From: Acidobacteriota bacterium
GTDB lineage: Bacteria > Acidobacteriota > UBA6911
Length of the DNA: 64,000 nucleotides
Direction: 5' to 3'
Assembly: GCA_016929335.1 (NCBI GenBank)
Contig: JAFGIY010000014.1
Location: 30,586-94,585 of the forward strand
The position numbers and the translations under genes were made by a program. Under the pieces are notes generated by a model, which did no database searches, had not been told where the DNA came from, and saw only the letters and a list, made by a program, of their open reading frames with translations. This document shows positions 9,401 to 18,513 of this stretch, one piece after another. Numbering within the stretch: position 1 is the first letter of the stretch; each line of letters starts with the position of its first letter.

Positions 9401-10063
9401 ATCGGCGCCAACTACCAGGTTCCAAGGTGGGACACCAATAAGGCCCTATCCTGGATACTCAGGGATTGGACCATCGGCGCCATGCTAACGTACCAATCCG
9501 GCCGTCCCATTAAGGCTCCTAAAGCAACCAGCAGTGTCCCACGTCATGACGTTGGCAGCCTGCTGAAGCTTTGTTCAGGAATGAGCGTCTTCGGCGGATG
9601 CAACGGTGCCATGTTCTGGGCTGATCCGGCATCCTATGCGACGCGCGTGAAGGGAGAACCTTTGTTCCTGGTGGATCCGAATTCAAGCTTTGACCCGTTC
9701 GCTACTTTTATGACCAATCCAAATGCGTGGGTTACTCCTCCGGATGGACAATACGGTGCGGGAGCCGGACACTATAACGACTACAGGTATCGGCGCGTTC
9801 CACAGGAAAACATGAGCCTGGGCCGAGTTTTCCAGATACGCGAAGGAATGAAATTCCAGATTCGCGTCGAATTGATGAATGTGTTCAACCGGGTCCGAAT
9901 ACCCAATCCTGAAGAGACGGGCTTCGGAACCGGTACCAACAATATAACCAATACACAAGTCAAAGACGGGAACGGCAAGGTGATTTCCGGCTTTGGCTAT
10001 ATAAACGCGATCAATGCCGCCGGCCAGCGTTCCGGCCAGATCGTCATGCGGTTCACATTCTAG
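6431..10063 (+). CDS. TonB-dependent receptor with N-terminal carboxypeptidase-regulatory-like domain
   Basis: 1210 aa with a signal peptide. A CarboxypepD_reg-like segment (GTITGTIADPAGAMVPNAQIEAKN...GNYTIAQMPAGPYQLSV) is followed by a plug-like region and a long beta-barrel ending in the aromatic ...IVMRFTF. Confidence 0.85.
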   Translation: MHMRSFLTAFCCLCLIVSVAGAQSDRGTITGTIADPAGAMVPNAQIEAKNINTGAVYQAASSQTGNYTIAQMPAGPYQLSVTVPGFKQYVRTGLTVMVAQTLRIDVALEVGAPSDTVTVNADAPLLKTESGELSHNISTDRMNELPMLSAVGMRDPYAAVDLMPGVGREGGTLRVNGSPGYTMSLRIDGQDATQQIWTLAYNMSSPSVDSVEETAVQTSNYAAEYGQAGGGILNMTMRSGTNALHGSVFDYMRHENLNAMPPYQKPPAYKKAEDRQQDWGFNVGGPVYIPKVYDGRNKTFFFYSYERNSVTTNASATYTMPTAAFRNGDFSAVLGSAIGTDPLGRTIYEGTIYDPTTTQTVNVGGTNYVVRDPFMGCDGQHLNQICMATAGVDPVALNYEKFWPTTTNDLTNNYSVSWDRNNTWTNNAFKIDHNLSSKLKLTGYYAYYQINAEGFTDGLEVPISAGRVFTERTHTARVSADYTVSPTMLLHMGGGLMHFIFKDPQPNVNFDPLAELDLPGTFATIAPSMSLSSTTRGGFRDTGPVAYGSTWQIKPTGTVSLAWVKGNHSMKFGGELRVESHPVTVFTPANGKFIFDPIQTGMPYLGSTGNTGHPFASFLLGRFNKGEIGIQNRFHLGKHALAFYAQDSWKITPKITFDYGLRWDYQTSLQETYGRMPTWDPFAPNPDYGGIPGRTVYRKDVADVYPHAWGPRLGLAWQLMPKTVLRTGFGITYGQTGALEMWSLRFGSFIRYGGGQTYYEPIGLLKNGPNINGTAIVPQWPDPNQVSPAAAGSDVMPWISDQAGRPPRQVQWSFGIQREITPNLSVDISYVGNRGAWWNSNGAINDPNRVTPGTLAAHNIDLTNVSHRNLMLTPLSAVSPADIAAHNLSTPFPGFAGDVAQSLRPFPHAGNIFGLWYPIGRTWYDSMQVNVIKRSSYGLDFTASYSWQKELAIGAENADTAFVVLPAVNNINYFKSNKYISALSIPHRLVIGANYQVPRWDTNKALSWILRDWTIGAMLTYQSGRPIKAPKATSSVPRHDVGSLLKLCSGMSVFGGCNGAMFWADPASYATRVKGEPLFLVDPNSSFDPFATFMTNPNAWVTPPDGQYGAGAGHYNDYRYRRVPQENMSLGRVFQIREGMKFQIRVELMNVFNRVRIPNPEETGFGTGTNNITNTQVKDGNGKVISGFGYINAINAAGQRSGQIVMRFTF

Positions 10064-10084
10064 TGAACCTTCAAATTAAGCCAG

Positions 10085-10122
10085 GCCACGAATTGCACGA
10101 ATCATTTCGTGTAATTCGTGGC
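10085..10122 (+). terminator. Family-A hairpin copy A2, terminator of the TonB-receptor gene
   Basis: GCCACGAATTGCACGAAT-cat-TTCGTGTAATTCGTGGC followed by TTCTTTTT. The one arm difference is a G-U pair in the + transcript. Confidence 0.7.
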
Positions 10123-10141
10123 TTCTTTTTAGGAGGGAATT

Positions 10142-11269
10142 ATGGGCAGCGATCGAAGATCATTTCTTAAGAAAGCACTTGCGGGCTATGCGGCGGCAAA
10201 GGGGAGCATGCTGTTTGCATCGGCCCAAAATATTCCGCCATACGCCAAAGGCGCTCGGAAGCCCGGCAAAGTGGATTACAAGCGAATCGCAACCGAAGAA
10301 GCGTGGGGCCCTCCCGAATTGTTCAAGATGTATATCGACCTGATCGAGAACGGTGCTCTGACGGATCCGGGTTTTGTGTCCATGTGGGGACGCTTTGTCC
10401 GCAACACGGCATTGATCGGCCAGCTTCAGGATATCGGCGAGAAGCGGATACGCGACATGGATGCGGCCGGAGTGGATAAAATGGTTCTTTCCTTGACCGC
10501 TCCGGGAGTGCAGATCTTCGATGCTGCCACGGCGAATTCTCTTGCAACGTCGACCAACGATCAGCTGGCGGAAGCCATCAAAAAGCATCCCGACAGGTTT
10601 GCCGGGCTGGCTGCCGTCGCTCCTCAGGATCCCAGGGCAGCGGCGAAGGAAATGGAGAGAGGAATCAGGAAGCTCGGGCTGAACGGAGTGATCATCAATT
10701 CTCACACGAACGGCGAATATCTCGACGATCCGAAGTATTGGGAAATATTCGAGGCCGCACAGGCGCTGGACGCCGCGATCTACCTTCACCCTCAGACACC
10801 GCCTCCCGATATGGTCATGCCTTATCTGGCTCGAGGCTTCGAGCGGGCCATCATGGGTTTTGCCCATGAGCTTTCGGTCCACATTCTGGGCTTGATGACG
10901 GTCGGTGTCTTCGACCGCTTTCCAAAACTCAAGATCGTGATCGGCCATGGCGGCGAAGGATTGCCGTACATGCTCTATCGGCTCGATTACATGTATGAGA
11001 ACGCCCGGTATCCGTTCATGAAAAAGGTCCGGAAGCTTCCCAGCGATTATATGAAGGAAAACTTTTACATCACAACGAGCGGATTGCCGTGGGCTCCGGC
11101 GATCATGATGGCTCGGTCGGTCCTGGGAATCGACAGGATTTTGTATGCGATGGATTATCCTTACGAGTACGTCCCGGAAGAAGTGACCCTGACGGACAAT
11201 TTCCCGATGACGGCCGCCGAAAAGAAAAAGCTTTTCCAGCTGAACGCGGAAAAAGTTTTCAAACTTTGA
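10142..11269 (+). CDS. Amidohydrolase-2 (ACMSD-like) family protein with twin-arginine signal
   Basis: 375 aa with a Tat motif DRRSFLKKAL then an AxA-like cleavage region. The metal-dependent hydrolase pattern (HPQTPP..., VIGHGGEGLPY, LYAMDYPYE) is present. Confidence 0.75.
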   Translation: MGSDRRSFLKKALAGYAAAKGSMLFASAQNIPPYAKGARKPGKVDYKRIATEEAWGPPELFKMYIDLIENGALTDPGFVSMWGRFVRNTALIGQLQDIGEKRIRDMDAAGVDKMVLSLTAPGVQIFDAATANSLATSTNDQLAEAIKKHPDRFAGLAAVAPQDPRAAAKEMERGIRKLGLNGVIINSHTNGEYLDDPKYWEIFEAAQALDAAIYLHPQTPPPDMVMPYLARGFERAIMGFAHELSVHILGLMTVGVFDRFPKLKIVIGHGGEGLPYMLYRLDYMYENARYPFMKKVRKLPSDYMKENFYITTSGLPWAPAIMMARSVLGIDRILYAMDYPYEYVPEEVTLTDNFPMTAAEKKKLFQLNAEKVFKL

Positions 11270-11316
11270 GGCTTGGAGCCTTCGAGTCTTAGAGTTTATT
11301 ACTCAAAGACTCCAAA

Positions 11317-12687
11317 TTATGCGGCGCGGGCCCAGCGGATAAGGGTCGCAAAATTCGGCGGCTTGCCGTACATCAGGATGCCGATCCGGAAGATTTTCGC
11401 CGCCAGCCACAAAGCGCAAAACACCGATCCCACCCCGATCGCGATTGAAATCCACACCTGCCAGAAAGGCGGCGGAGCGCTGGACGCCATTCGCAGAAGC
11501 ATTGCGAATGTATTGACCGGCGGGATGAAGCTCATCGTTACGCTCAATGTCGAGTTGGGATCCGCCGATATCGGCATCCAGAGAATCCACGGTATTATAA
11601 ACATGATCGTCAACGGCGCCAGCAGTCCTTGAGCTTCTTTCATATCATTGACTGCCGCTCCTACTGCCATCATCAGTGATCCCATCACAAGATAGGTGAT
11701 GACGAAGAATACGATCAGGTAAAAAATCAGCCAGAAATTGAGCAGGCCGATAAGCGCAAAAAAGGAGAGCAGCATCAGCCCCATTGCCAGGTAGATGCAC
11801 ATTCCCACCAGACTGGCCGCCATCTGTCCGAGAAGCTTGCCGGCCATCAATTCCATCGGCGACACAGCCGATAAAAGAACCTCTACCACACGACTCGATT
11901 TTTCTTCGACCATGGTGGTGAGCAATTGGCCCCCGCCACCCATGACTCCCATAAACAGCAGGATTCCGAATGCAATCGGGAAAAGGTAGTTCAGGCCGGG
12001 GATGGTTTTTCGCTGATCGTCCTGGGTCACAGTCACGGACCGCACCGATGGAACATTGACGATGGCATCGATGGTTGCCCGATCAAGGGATCGCATCTGG
12101 AGCCGGGCATTGACGATTGCCTCGCGGAGGCCCCGTTGTATTTCACCCGTAACGCGGTCATCGAGCTTGGGCGGTACGAACAGATCATAGGTCCCGTATT
12201 CGAGATTGCTGCCGGAGGGTTCGACTGCGTTCGCATGAATCGCTATGAGCGCCAGGTGCGGCATTCCCTCGGATTGCGCGTTCAGCCAGGCTTTTTCCCG
12301 CTCGATGTCCGTGTCGGGAGGACGCGTCCGGATATGCAGATCAGGGATCGGCCCCATTGCAGTTCCTGCCTTCTCGCCGGCGGAACTGTCGGCAAGCTGG
12401 CGTACCTGCTGCGGCGCTCTTGCAATCGCTTTTTCCAATTCCTCCTTGCGCCGCGCCGCGATCCTTTCGGGATCAAAAGTCTTCTCCAGCTCGGGCAGGA
12501 CACTGTTGGTTGGATCGATCACCAGTATCTCGCCCTTCACCTGAAAATTCTTGAAGTTAAACAACCGAGGCACGATCAGGATCATTAGCGCAGCTATCAC
12601 AGGCGTAATCAACAGACCGATAACGAAACCCCGTGTAGCCACGGTGGATAGGAATTCGCGCTTTGCTATGCTCAATACATTTCTCAT
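11317..12687 (-). CDS. ABC-2 type transporter permease (NatB-like)
   Basis: 456 aa with an N-terminal TM, a large extracytoplasmic domain and a C-terminal cluster of TM helices. It overlaps the upstream ATPase gene by 4 nt. Confidence 0.8.
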   Translation of the reverse strand: MRNVLSIAKREFLSTVATRGFVIGLLITPVIAALMILIVPRLFNFKNFQVKGEILVIDPTNSVLPELEKTFDPERIAARRKEELEKAIARAPQQVRQLADSSAGEKAGTAMGPIPDLHIRTRPPDTDIEREKAWLNAQSEGMPHLALIAIHANAVEPSGSNLEYGTYDLFVPPKLDDRVTGEIQRGLREAIVNARLQMRSLDRATIDAIVNVPSVRSVTVTQDDQRKTIPGLNYLFPIAFGILLFMGVMGGGGQLLTTMVEEKSSRVVEVLLSAVSPMELMAGKLLGQMAASLVGMCIYLAMGLMLLSFFALIGLLNFWLIFYLIVFFVITYLVMGSLMMAVGAAVNDMKEAQGLLAPLTIMFIIPWILWMPISADPNSTLSVTMSFIPPVNTFAMLLRMASSAPPPFWQVWISIAIGVGSVFCALWLAAKIFRIGILMYGKPPNFATLIRWARAA

Positions 12688-13664
12688 GAGTTCGCTTCTC
12701 CGGAGCCGGAGTTTTTCAAATCCGCTATCAGCTTTTGCCGTTCTTCTGAAGTATCCGCGGCAGTTGAAACGAGGCTGATAAAAACATCTTCGAGTTTAGG
12801 TCGTGACAGCTCCAGCCGCGCCGGCGTTGTCGTATTGATGATCCGGTGCATTGCCTCTGCAGGATTGGATCCCTCGACGAGGAGTATTTTATAGCCTGAC
12901 TCGTTTCGCTCCATACGCTCGACACCGGGCAGATTCGCGATTTGAGACAAGTCCGCCTGGGAGTCGATAGGATCGAATTCGAGGGTTCGGGGGTCATACC
13001 GGCTGCGGATCGCGGCCAGCGGTTCATCAAGGACCTTCCGGCCGCGATGGACCATAATCACGTGCTGGCATATCTCTTCCGCCTGTGTCATCACGTGAGT
13101 CGAGAAAAGAATCGTTGCACCGCGACGATGTTCTTCCAGAACGAGGTCACGCAAAAGCCGCGTGCTGACCGGATCCAGGCCGCTGAAAGGCTCGTCAAGA
13201 ATCAGCAGATCCGGTTTGTGGATGATGGCAGCCAGAAACTGCACTTTCTGAAGCATGCCTTTGGACAACTCCTCACACCGCTTTCGTTCCGTGCCGCCGA
13301 GCCCGACACGCTCCAGGGAAACCCGGATCATCTTGTCGATGTTGGGATCCCGAACGCCTTTGAGGCTTGCGATATATTTCAGGAAAACGCCTACGCGCAT
13401 TTTTCGGTAAACGCCGCGTTCCTCCGGCAGGTATCCGATCCGATTCTTCGCTTCCAGTGCCGAGGTGTGCCCGAGAACCGAAATTTCGCCGGAATCCGGG
13501 AAGAGAATGGACATGATCAACCGGATTGTCGTTGTTTTCCCCGCTCCGTTAGGACCGATGAATCCATACAAACTCCCGCACGGAATAACAAGATTCAAGT
13601 CTTTGACCGCAGTAGTCTGGCCGAATGTTTTGGTTACATTACTGAGTTTGATGGCTTCATTCAT
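12684..13664 (-). CDS. ABC transporter ATP-binding protein (NatA-like)
   Basis: Walker A GPNGAGKTT, signature LSKGMLQKVQF and Walker B LLILDEPFSGLD. The start is taken at ATG 13664 (MNEAIKLSNV...), because the longer ORF to 13871 translates a repeat hairpin. Confidence 0.85.
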   Translation of the reverse strand: MNEAIKLSNVTKTFGQTTAVKDLNLVIPCGSLYGFIGPNGAGKTTTIRLIMSILFPDSGEISVLGHTSALEAKNRIGYLPEERGVYRKMRVGVFLKYIASLKGVRDPNIDKMIRVSLERVGLGGTERKRCEELSKGMLQKVQFLAAIIHKPDLLILDEPFSGLDPVSTRLLRDLVLEEHRRGATILFSTHVMTQAEEICQHVIMVHRGRKVLDEPLAAIRSRYDPRTLEFDPIDSQADLSQIANLPGVERMERNESGYKILLVEGSNPAEAMHRIINTTTPARLELSRPKLEDVFISLVSTAADTSEERQKLIADLKNSGSGEANS

Positions 13665-13677
13665 AGTCTGCCTTTGG

Positions 13678-13749
13678 GTTTCCGGTTCCCAGTTTCCCGT
13701 TCCCCGTTGAGTCCCTGTTCCTAAAAACGGGGAACCCGAAACGGGAAAC
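13678..13749. repeat. Family-C heptamer-armed hairpin, copy C1a
   Basis: GTTTCCGGTTCCCAGTTTCCCGTTCCCCGTT ... AACGGGGAACCCGAAACGGGAAAC, in the divergent promoter region between the ABC ATPase and the 4Fe-4S gene. Confidence 0.7.
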
Positions 13750-13786
13750 ACGTGAACGGCAAAAACTACAGCTTGCCGCCGCCCTG

Positions 13787-13854
13787 GAAGTTCCCAGTTA
13801 TCAGTTCCCGGTTCCCGGTTGAGATTTTGTTGAAAACTGGGAACTGGGAACTCC
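13787..13854. repeat. Family-C heptamer-armed hairpin, copy C1b
   Basis: GGAAGTTCCCAGTTATCAGTTCCCGGTTCCCGGTT ... AAACTGGGAACTGGGAACTCC. Confidence 0.65.
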
Positions 13855-13908
13855 AAACGGCCATGTTCCAATCAGTACGTATGGAGCTCCGAAAGAGTTG
13901 CACGTGAA

Positions 13909-15156
13909 ATGTACTCCATAGATCGACTTGGCTTTGCGTGCTATGATTTCGGCATTTCACCGGAGGCTCTTTTGAACACATCGACGATTTCTCCCGAGCG
14001 ATCTGCAAACCTGCGCAAACTGGCGGAATTAATGAATACGCGCCATAAGAATCCTTTTCCCATAACGGATCCTCTGCTGAGCTGCTATGACCTTGTCCTG
14101 GCTTCGGAAGAAATTGATTTTCTTCTCAAATTGGGAACGGAGCCTTACAGCTATGAGAAAGCTGCGTCCCTGACTTCATTGCCCGAAAGCGAGTTCCGGG
14201 AATTCTTTGAAGTCCTTGTGGGGAAAGGCTTCATCTGGCCGTATGATTCGCCGGATAGCGCGGAGTTGTATGTTTTGCCGGGCATCATGCTGGGATGGTT
14301 CGAAGTTTTTCTTTCAGGCGGGGAGGAGACTCCTGAAAAGCGCGAGTTTGCGCGCCGCACGGATATGCTGCTCAAATCATACGGCAAGATGAATACTTTT
14401 CCCTTGAGAGGAATCATGAACCGCCGCAGCCGCAAGGCGGGGCCCCATCAAAGCATCCTGATACCCGGCAGTTCTCCCGAGCGCGGTAAAGGACGGACAA
14501 TTTCAGTCGGCAAAACCGTCGATTCAGAGCCTGCCCGCGTCTATCCTGCCGGGACCGTAGAAGAGCTCATTGAAAGGCAGGGGGATGGCGACAATTTTGC
14601 CGTTGTGCATTGCTTTTGCCGGCAATATCACAAAATGATTGAACAGCCCTGCCGCTTTGAACAACCGCCGCAGTCCTGCATCGCATTCGGGAGCCTCGGC
14701 CGCTATGCGGTCAAGCACGGCAAAGGCCGGAGCATTACGAAATCGGAGGCAATTTCGCTGGTTCGCGAGCTGCAGGCCAAGGGCGCGGTGCATCAGGTTT
14801 TCCACAAAAATGAAGATGTCAACAATCCTGAATTGGCAATCTGCAATTGCTGCTGGGATTGTTGCGGAGTTTTGGGATCCTACAACCGCGGGATTATTCC
14901 TCTTAATTTCCATTCATATTTTGAAGCGCAGCTCCCGGATTCGGCAAAATGCAGCGGATGCGCAACCTGCGTGGACTTCTGTCCGGTACAGGCAATTACA
15001 ATGGTGAATGAGAAGTGCGCGATCGATTCGGCGAAATGCATCGGCTGCGGCCAGTGCGAACTCCAATGTCCCGAAGATGCTATTTGCATGATTGAGAATG
15101 AGCGGAAGGTCTTCCTGCCCCTGATAAAGAAGTCCGAGGCCCGGATCAAAGACTGA
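13909..15156 (+). CDS. 4Fe-4S dicluster domain-containing protein
   Basis: 415 aa with two ferredoxin motifs (CSGCATCVDFCP and CIGCGQCELQCP) plus the Cys-rich CNCCWDCC. The N-terminal ~300 aa are unassigned. Confidence 0.75.
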   Translation: MYSIDRLGFACYDFGISPEALLNTSTISPERSANLRKLAELMNTRHKNPFPITDPLLSCYDLVLASEEIDFLLKLGTEPYSYEKAASLTSLPESEFREFFEVLVGKGFIWPYDSPDSAELYVLPGIMLGWFEVFLSGGEETPEKREFARRTDMLLKSYGKMNTFPLRGIMNRRSRKAGPHQSILIPGSSPERGKGRTISVGKTVDSEPARVYPAGTVEELIERQGDGDNFAVVHCFCRQYHKMIEQPCRFEQPPQSCIAFGSLGRYAVKHGKGRSITKSEAISLVRELQAKGAVHQVFHKNEDVNNPELAICNCCWDCCGVLGSYNRGIIPLNFHSYFEAQLPDSAKCSGCATCVDFCPVQAITMVNEKCAIDSAKCIGCGQCELQCPEDAICMIENERKVFLPLIKKSEARIKD

Positions 15157-15205
15157 AAATCGTCAGCTACGAATTGCAGGAATCCAAATGGTGGTAAAAG
15201 GCCGT

Positions 15206-17809
15206 TTAGCCGGATTTTTCCATCAGGAGGGAATCTACGAAGCGGGCGGCGTATTGAAGATAAAGCTTCTCCCGGACAAACAGATCGAACAGGTCCGGAT
15301 CGATTTGTCCGCTATCCTTCATGGATCTTAGAATTTCCACGGCTTCCATAACGCTTCGTGCCCGCTTATATGGCCGGTCAGCCGCCGTCAGTGCTTCGAA
15401 GACATCGGCGATGCTGATCATTCTGCCCTGGATTGAGATTTGTTCTCCCCTGAGACCGAAAGGATAACCTTTGCCATCCATCCGTTCATGATGGACTCCG
15501 GCATAGGCGGGCAGATTTCGCAGTTTTTTGGGCAAAGGCAGTGATTGCAGCATTTTTATCGTAAGGTTGACATGCTCATTCACGATGGCTCGCTCACACC
15601 CTGTCAGAGTGCCTTCGGGAATCGTCAGATTTTCCAGCTCATCGGCCGTAAGGATCGGCATCTGTTTTTCGCTGCGATGGATCCAGGAATACCTGCGGGC
15701 AATTTCCTGTATGCATCTCTGATCCGCTGCAGTAAGGCGGTTTCTTCCCGAATTGCATTCTTTGAGAAATTCAAAATCATTTTGAACCTGCCGCAAATAC
15801 CTATCCCATTCCACGTCGATATGTTGGTTTTGAGAGCGTTCCGTCCCGCTTGATAGAGTGTTCAATCTTTCCCTGTAAAGACTTATCAGCTTATCGCGAA
15901 GGATGATTTCAAAACGCGCGTCAATCAGTTCAATTCTGTCGTGAATGGTTTGCAGCTTCGTCGATTTGTCCACAATATGGACGGGCGTGGCCACCTTGCC
16001 GCAGTCGTGGAGCATGGCGGCGATGCGCAATTCATACCTTTCTTCGGGAGTAAGATTGAAATCCTTGAATGGCCCTTCGGTCACACGGCACGCGGCTTCG
16101 GCGATCATCATGGTCAAAGCCGGCACGCGTTTGCAGTGATCTCCTGTGTGCGGCGATTTTGCATCGACGGCGGTTGCGATGAGTTCAGTGAGGCCTTCGA
16201 AGAGCGAGATCAGCTCCGCCATCAGCCGGTTTTTTGAGAGAGCTACGGCTGCCTGAGAAGCCAGTGATTCGGCCAGGCGCACATCTTCATCCGAGAAAGC
16301 AACAACCGATCCATCCTCGGGATCCCTGGCATTAAATAATCGCAGCAACCCTATGCTTTTGCCTTCATGATCGATCATCGGGACTCTCAGCAGCGAGCGG
16401 GTGCGGTAGCCCGTTTTTCGGTCGAATTCTCTCTGAAAATTGAAGAGACCGCTGTCGACAGAATAGATATCGGGACAGCAGACCGTACCGCAATTCATCA
16501 GAGCTGTCAGATCGGACGATTCCGGGAAAATTGCACTCCAATCATTTCCCGAAGTGCTGTCGCTTTTGGTCAGAATGCCCAGCGAGTCGATCTGCATTAA
16601 GCCGAGAACCGGGTGATTGGTTTCCGATACGAGGCAAAGGCTTGCTCCATCCGCATTGGTTAGAGACCTGGTTTCTTGGAATATTGTTTCAAGAAGTTTG
16701 GTCTGATCCTCTTCCGCCGACAGTGATTTCCCAATTCTATTGACGGTTTGAATAGTGTCAAAGTAGCTTCCCAGGCTTTGTGCCATCTGGTTAAAGGCAT
16801 TGCCGAGCTCTCCGAATTCATCTTTGTTGTTCAGTGTAACCCGGGCCTTGAAATTTTTTGCAGCCACCTGCTGAGTTGCTTCACGCAGCTGCTCGATGGG
16901 TTTCATTCTCCGACGGATGAAGGTCGAGCTTAAAAGCGCGGCAACCCAAAACATGAGCAGCGCAATCGGCATGAATGTCTTCTGGAAACTGCTCATGGGT
17001 TCCAGCACCGCATCCCTTTTTTCGCTTTGCACGATGACCCATGTGTCCAGGAAAATCGCGCGCATAAAGATGGTCCAATATCCTCCGATGAAACGGTCCT
17101 TCCCGGAGCTCCATTCCAGCCGGCCGGATGGCCCTTTTTTCAGCGCTTCCGCCAATTCGCCCAGCGGACCCTGTTCCGGCAGCGAGGAATAAAGCACCTT
17201 CATGGAATTATTCACTATGAAGATTTCGCCGGTAGAGTATAGGAAGCTGTTGCTCTCCCAAAGATAAGCCGGATGGACCTCTCCCAGAATCATGCCTCTG
17301 GACGAATCGGCGAACTCGCACATCTTGGCCATAAATACAGCGCAGGATCCTTCCCGGTTTTCGCGCGTTGCCACCAATGGTTTGCCGTCCGAGAGGTGCC
17401 TGATTTCATCGGCAGAAAAATCGATTGGAGCGGGCGCCGTCCCAAATTCGGCAATTGTTTCCCCGGCGGCAGAGAGCAGCAGGATTCCGCGGTACCGCTG
17501 TGAAAGCCGATTGCGCATCTTCCGGTTTGCCGGCCATGGTTCTTTTATGTCAGAGGGATCGACGACCAGAGAATCCAGGCTGGATTCAAGGGACGATAGA
17601 CGCTCAATAATATTCATCCCCGAACTTTTGCTTGCCTCGCGCAGGCGCTCGTCGGTCTGACGATTGAGCTGCCGGCTTACTCGCACGTAGGAAATAACCG
17701 TCATAGCGGCAAGGGGCACCAATGCGCAGAGGACAAACATCAGGAATATCTGGCGGGCTACCTTGTTTCGCAGGAATGCGCGGTCAGGTCTGAATTTTCC
17801 GAGCCTCAT
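15206..17809 (-). CDS. Membrane sensor with HAMP, GAF-like and HD-GYP domains (putative c-di-GMP phosphodiesterase)
   Basis: 867 aa with two TM segments flanking a ~250-aa sensor region and a HAMP-like ...DEFGELGNAFNQM. HD (AAMLHDCGKV) and HHERMDGKGYP together make the HD-GYP signature. Confidence 0.85.
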   Translation of the reverse strand: MRLGKFRPDRAFLRNKVARQIFLMFVLCALVPLAAMTVISYVRVSRQLNRQTDERLREASKSSGMNIIERLSSLESSLDSLVVDPSDIKEPWPANRKMRNRLSQRYRGILLLSAAGETIAEFGTAPAPIDFSADEIRHLSDGKPLVATRENREGSCAVFMAKMCEFADSSRGMILGEVHPAYLWESNSFLYSTGEIFIVNNSMKVLYSSLPEQGPLGELAEALKKGPSGRLEWSSGKDRFIGGYWTIFMRAIFLDTWVIVQSEKRDAVLEPMSSFQKTFMPIALLMFWVAALLSSTFIRRRMKPIEQLREATQQVAAKNFKARVTLNNKDEFGELGNAFNQMAQSLGSYFDTIQTVNRIGKSLSAEEDQTKLLETIFQETRSLTNADGASLCLVSETNHPVLGLMQIDSLGILTKSDSTSGNDWSAIFPESSDLTALMNCGTVCCPDIYSVDSGLFNFQREFDRKTGYRTRSLLRVPMIDHEGKSIGLLRLFNARDPEDGSVVAFSDEDVRLAESLASQAAVALSKNRLMAELISLFEGLTELIATAVDAKSPHTGDHCKRVPALTMMIAEAACRVTEGPFKDFNLTPEERYELRIAAMLHDCGKVATPVHIVDKSTKLQTIHDRIELIDARFEIILRDKLISLYRERLNTLSSGTERSQNQHIDVEWDRYLRQVQNDFEFLKECNSGRNRLTAADQRCIQEIARRYSWIHRSEKQMPILTADELENLTIPEGTLTGCERAIVNEHVNLTIKMLQSLPLPKKLRNLPAYAGVHHERMDGKGYPFGLRGEQISIQGRMISIADVFEALTAADRPYKRARSVMEAVEILRSMKDSGQIDPDLFDLFVREKLYLQYAARFVDSLLMEKSG

Positions 17810-17960
17810 GATTCTCCGGCCATAATGTGAAATGAATGCCTCATTCCAAGATCAGGCAATCCCATAAATGCACGAACAGAATTTCTCAACAATCCGGATT
17901 AGGAGATTTGATGCAGCCGCGTCAGAACTCCTTTCAATTTGGATGTCGTCCGCATCTCCG

Positions 17961-18440
17961 TTAATAGTTCTTTGCTAATCCGATGAATCCCCCGTTGTTG
18001 GCGCGAAGTACATCGTCCCAGCTGGGTTCGGCGGTGATGGGGAGCTGGCTTTTTTTGTCTCGGCCTTTGCTATACAGATCATAATCGGAATTCAAAGGGT
18101 GGAGGTTCTTGTCCTTCCTGGCACCTTTGGGTTCTTTTCCCTTTGTCTTCCCGCTATCCTCCTGCTGGCCTGCTATCCTCAAATATTGATACGGTTCACC
18201 CCATGGATCATTGAGATCCTCTATTCTCGCGGCTTCAAGAGATTCCGGAAATACTCCGTTCCTGACATAAAAGCATTCGATATCAAACTGGATGTTCTTG
18301 ATGTCTCCTATTGCCGCGACAACATAAGCCGAATTGACCATTCCCGAATAATATGGGACGGCAAGTGCAGCGATAGTGGCAATAATGGCTACAACAATAA
18401 GCAATTCTACGAGGCTATACCCTTGGTCGCTGATTTGCAC
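17961..18440 (-). CDS. Prepilin-type N-terminal cleavage/methylation domain protein (type IV pilin / T2SS pseudopilin-like)
   Basis: It has the motif G|YSLVELLIVVAIIATIAALAVPYY. GTG at 18438-18440 gives a typical 7-aa leader, MQISDQG. The track ORF extends to ATG 18584 but would overlap the upstream gene by 71 nt, so the start is uncertain. Confidence 0.65.
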   Translation of the reverse strand: MQISDQGYSLVELLIVVAIIATIAALAVPYYSGMVNSAYVVAAIGDIKNIQFDIECFYVRNGVFPESLEAARIEDLNDPWGEPYQYLRIAGQQEDSGKTKGKEPKGARKDKNLHPLNSDYDLYSKGRDKKSQLPITAEPSWDDVLRANNGGFIGLAKNY

Positions 18441-18513
18441 TGCGGGTCTATGGTACGGCGGATCCTGGGGCGAAAGCGAAGAGAGGGCGCTTCCTGTCCC
18501 GGGAGGCAGTCCT

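Noticed and set aside
13678-13854. Heptamer and hexamer arrays considered as a CRISPR array (also 21076-21159 and 42803-42884).
   Set aside because: The period is 6-9 nt with no spacers, the arrays are mirrored into hairpins, and there are no cas genes in the window.
13665-13871. N-terminal 69-codon extension of the ABC ATPase ORF.
   Set aside because: It is a translation of the family-C heptamer hairpins (..GTGTQRGTGNWEPETQ..). The canonical ABC N-terminus starts at ATG 13664.
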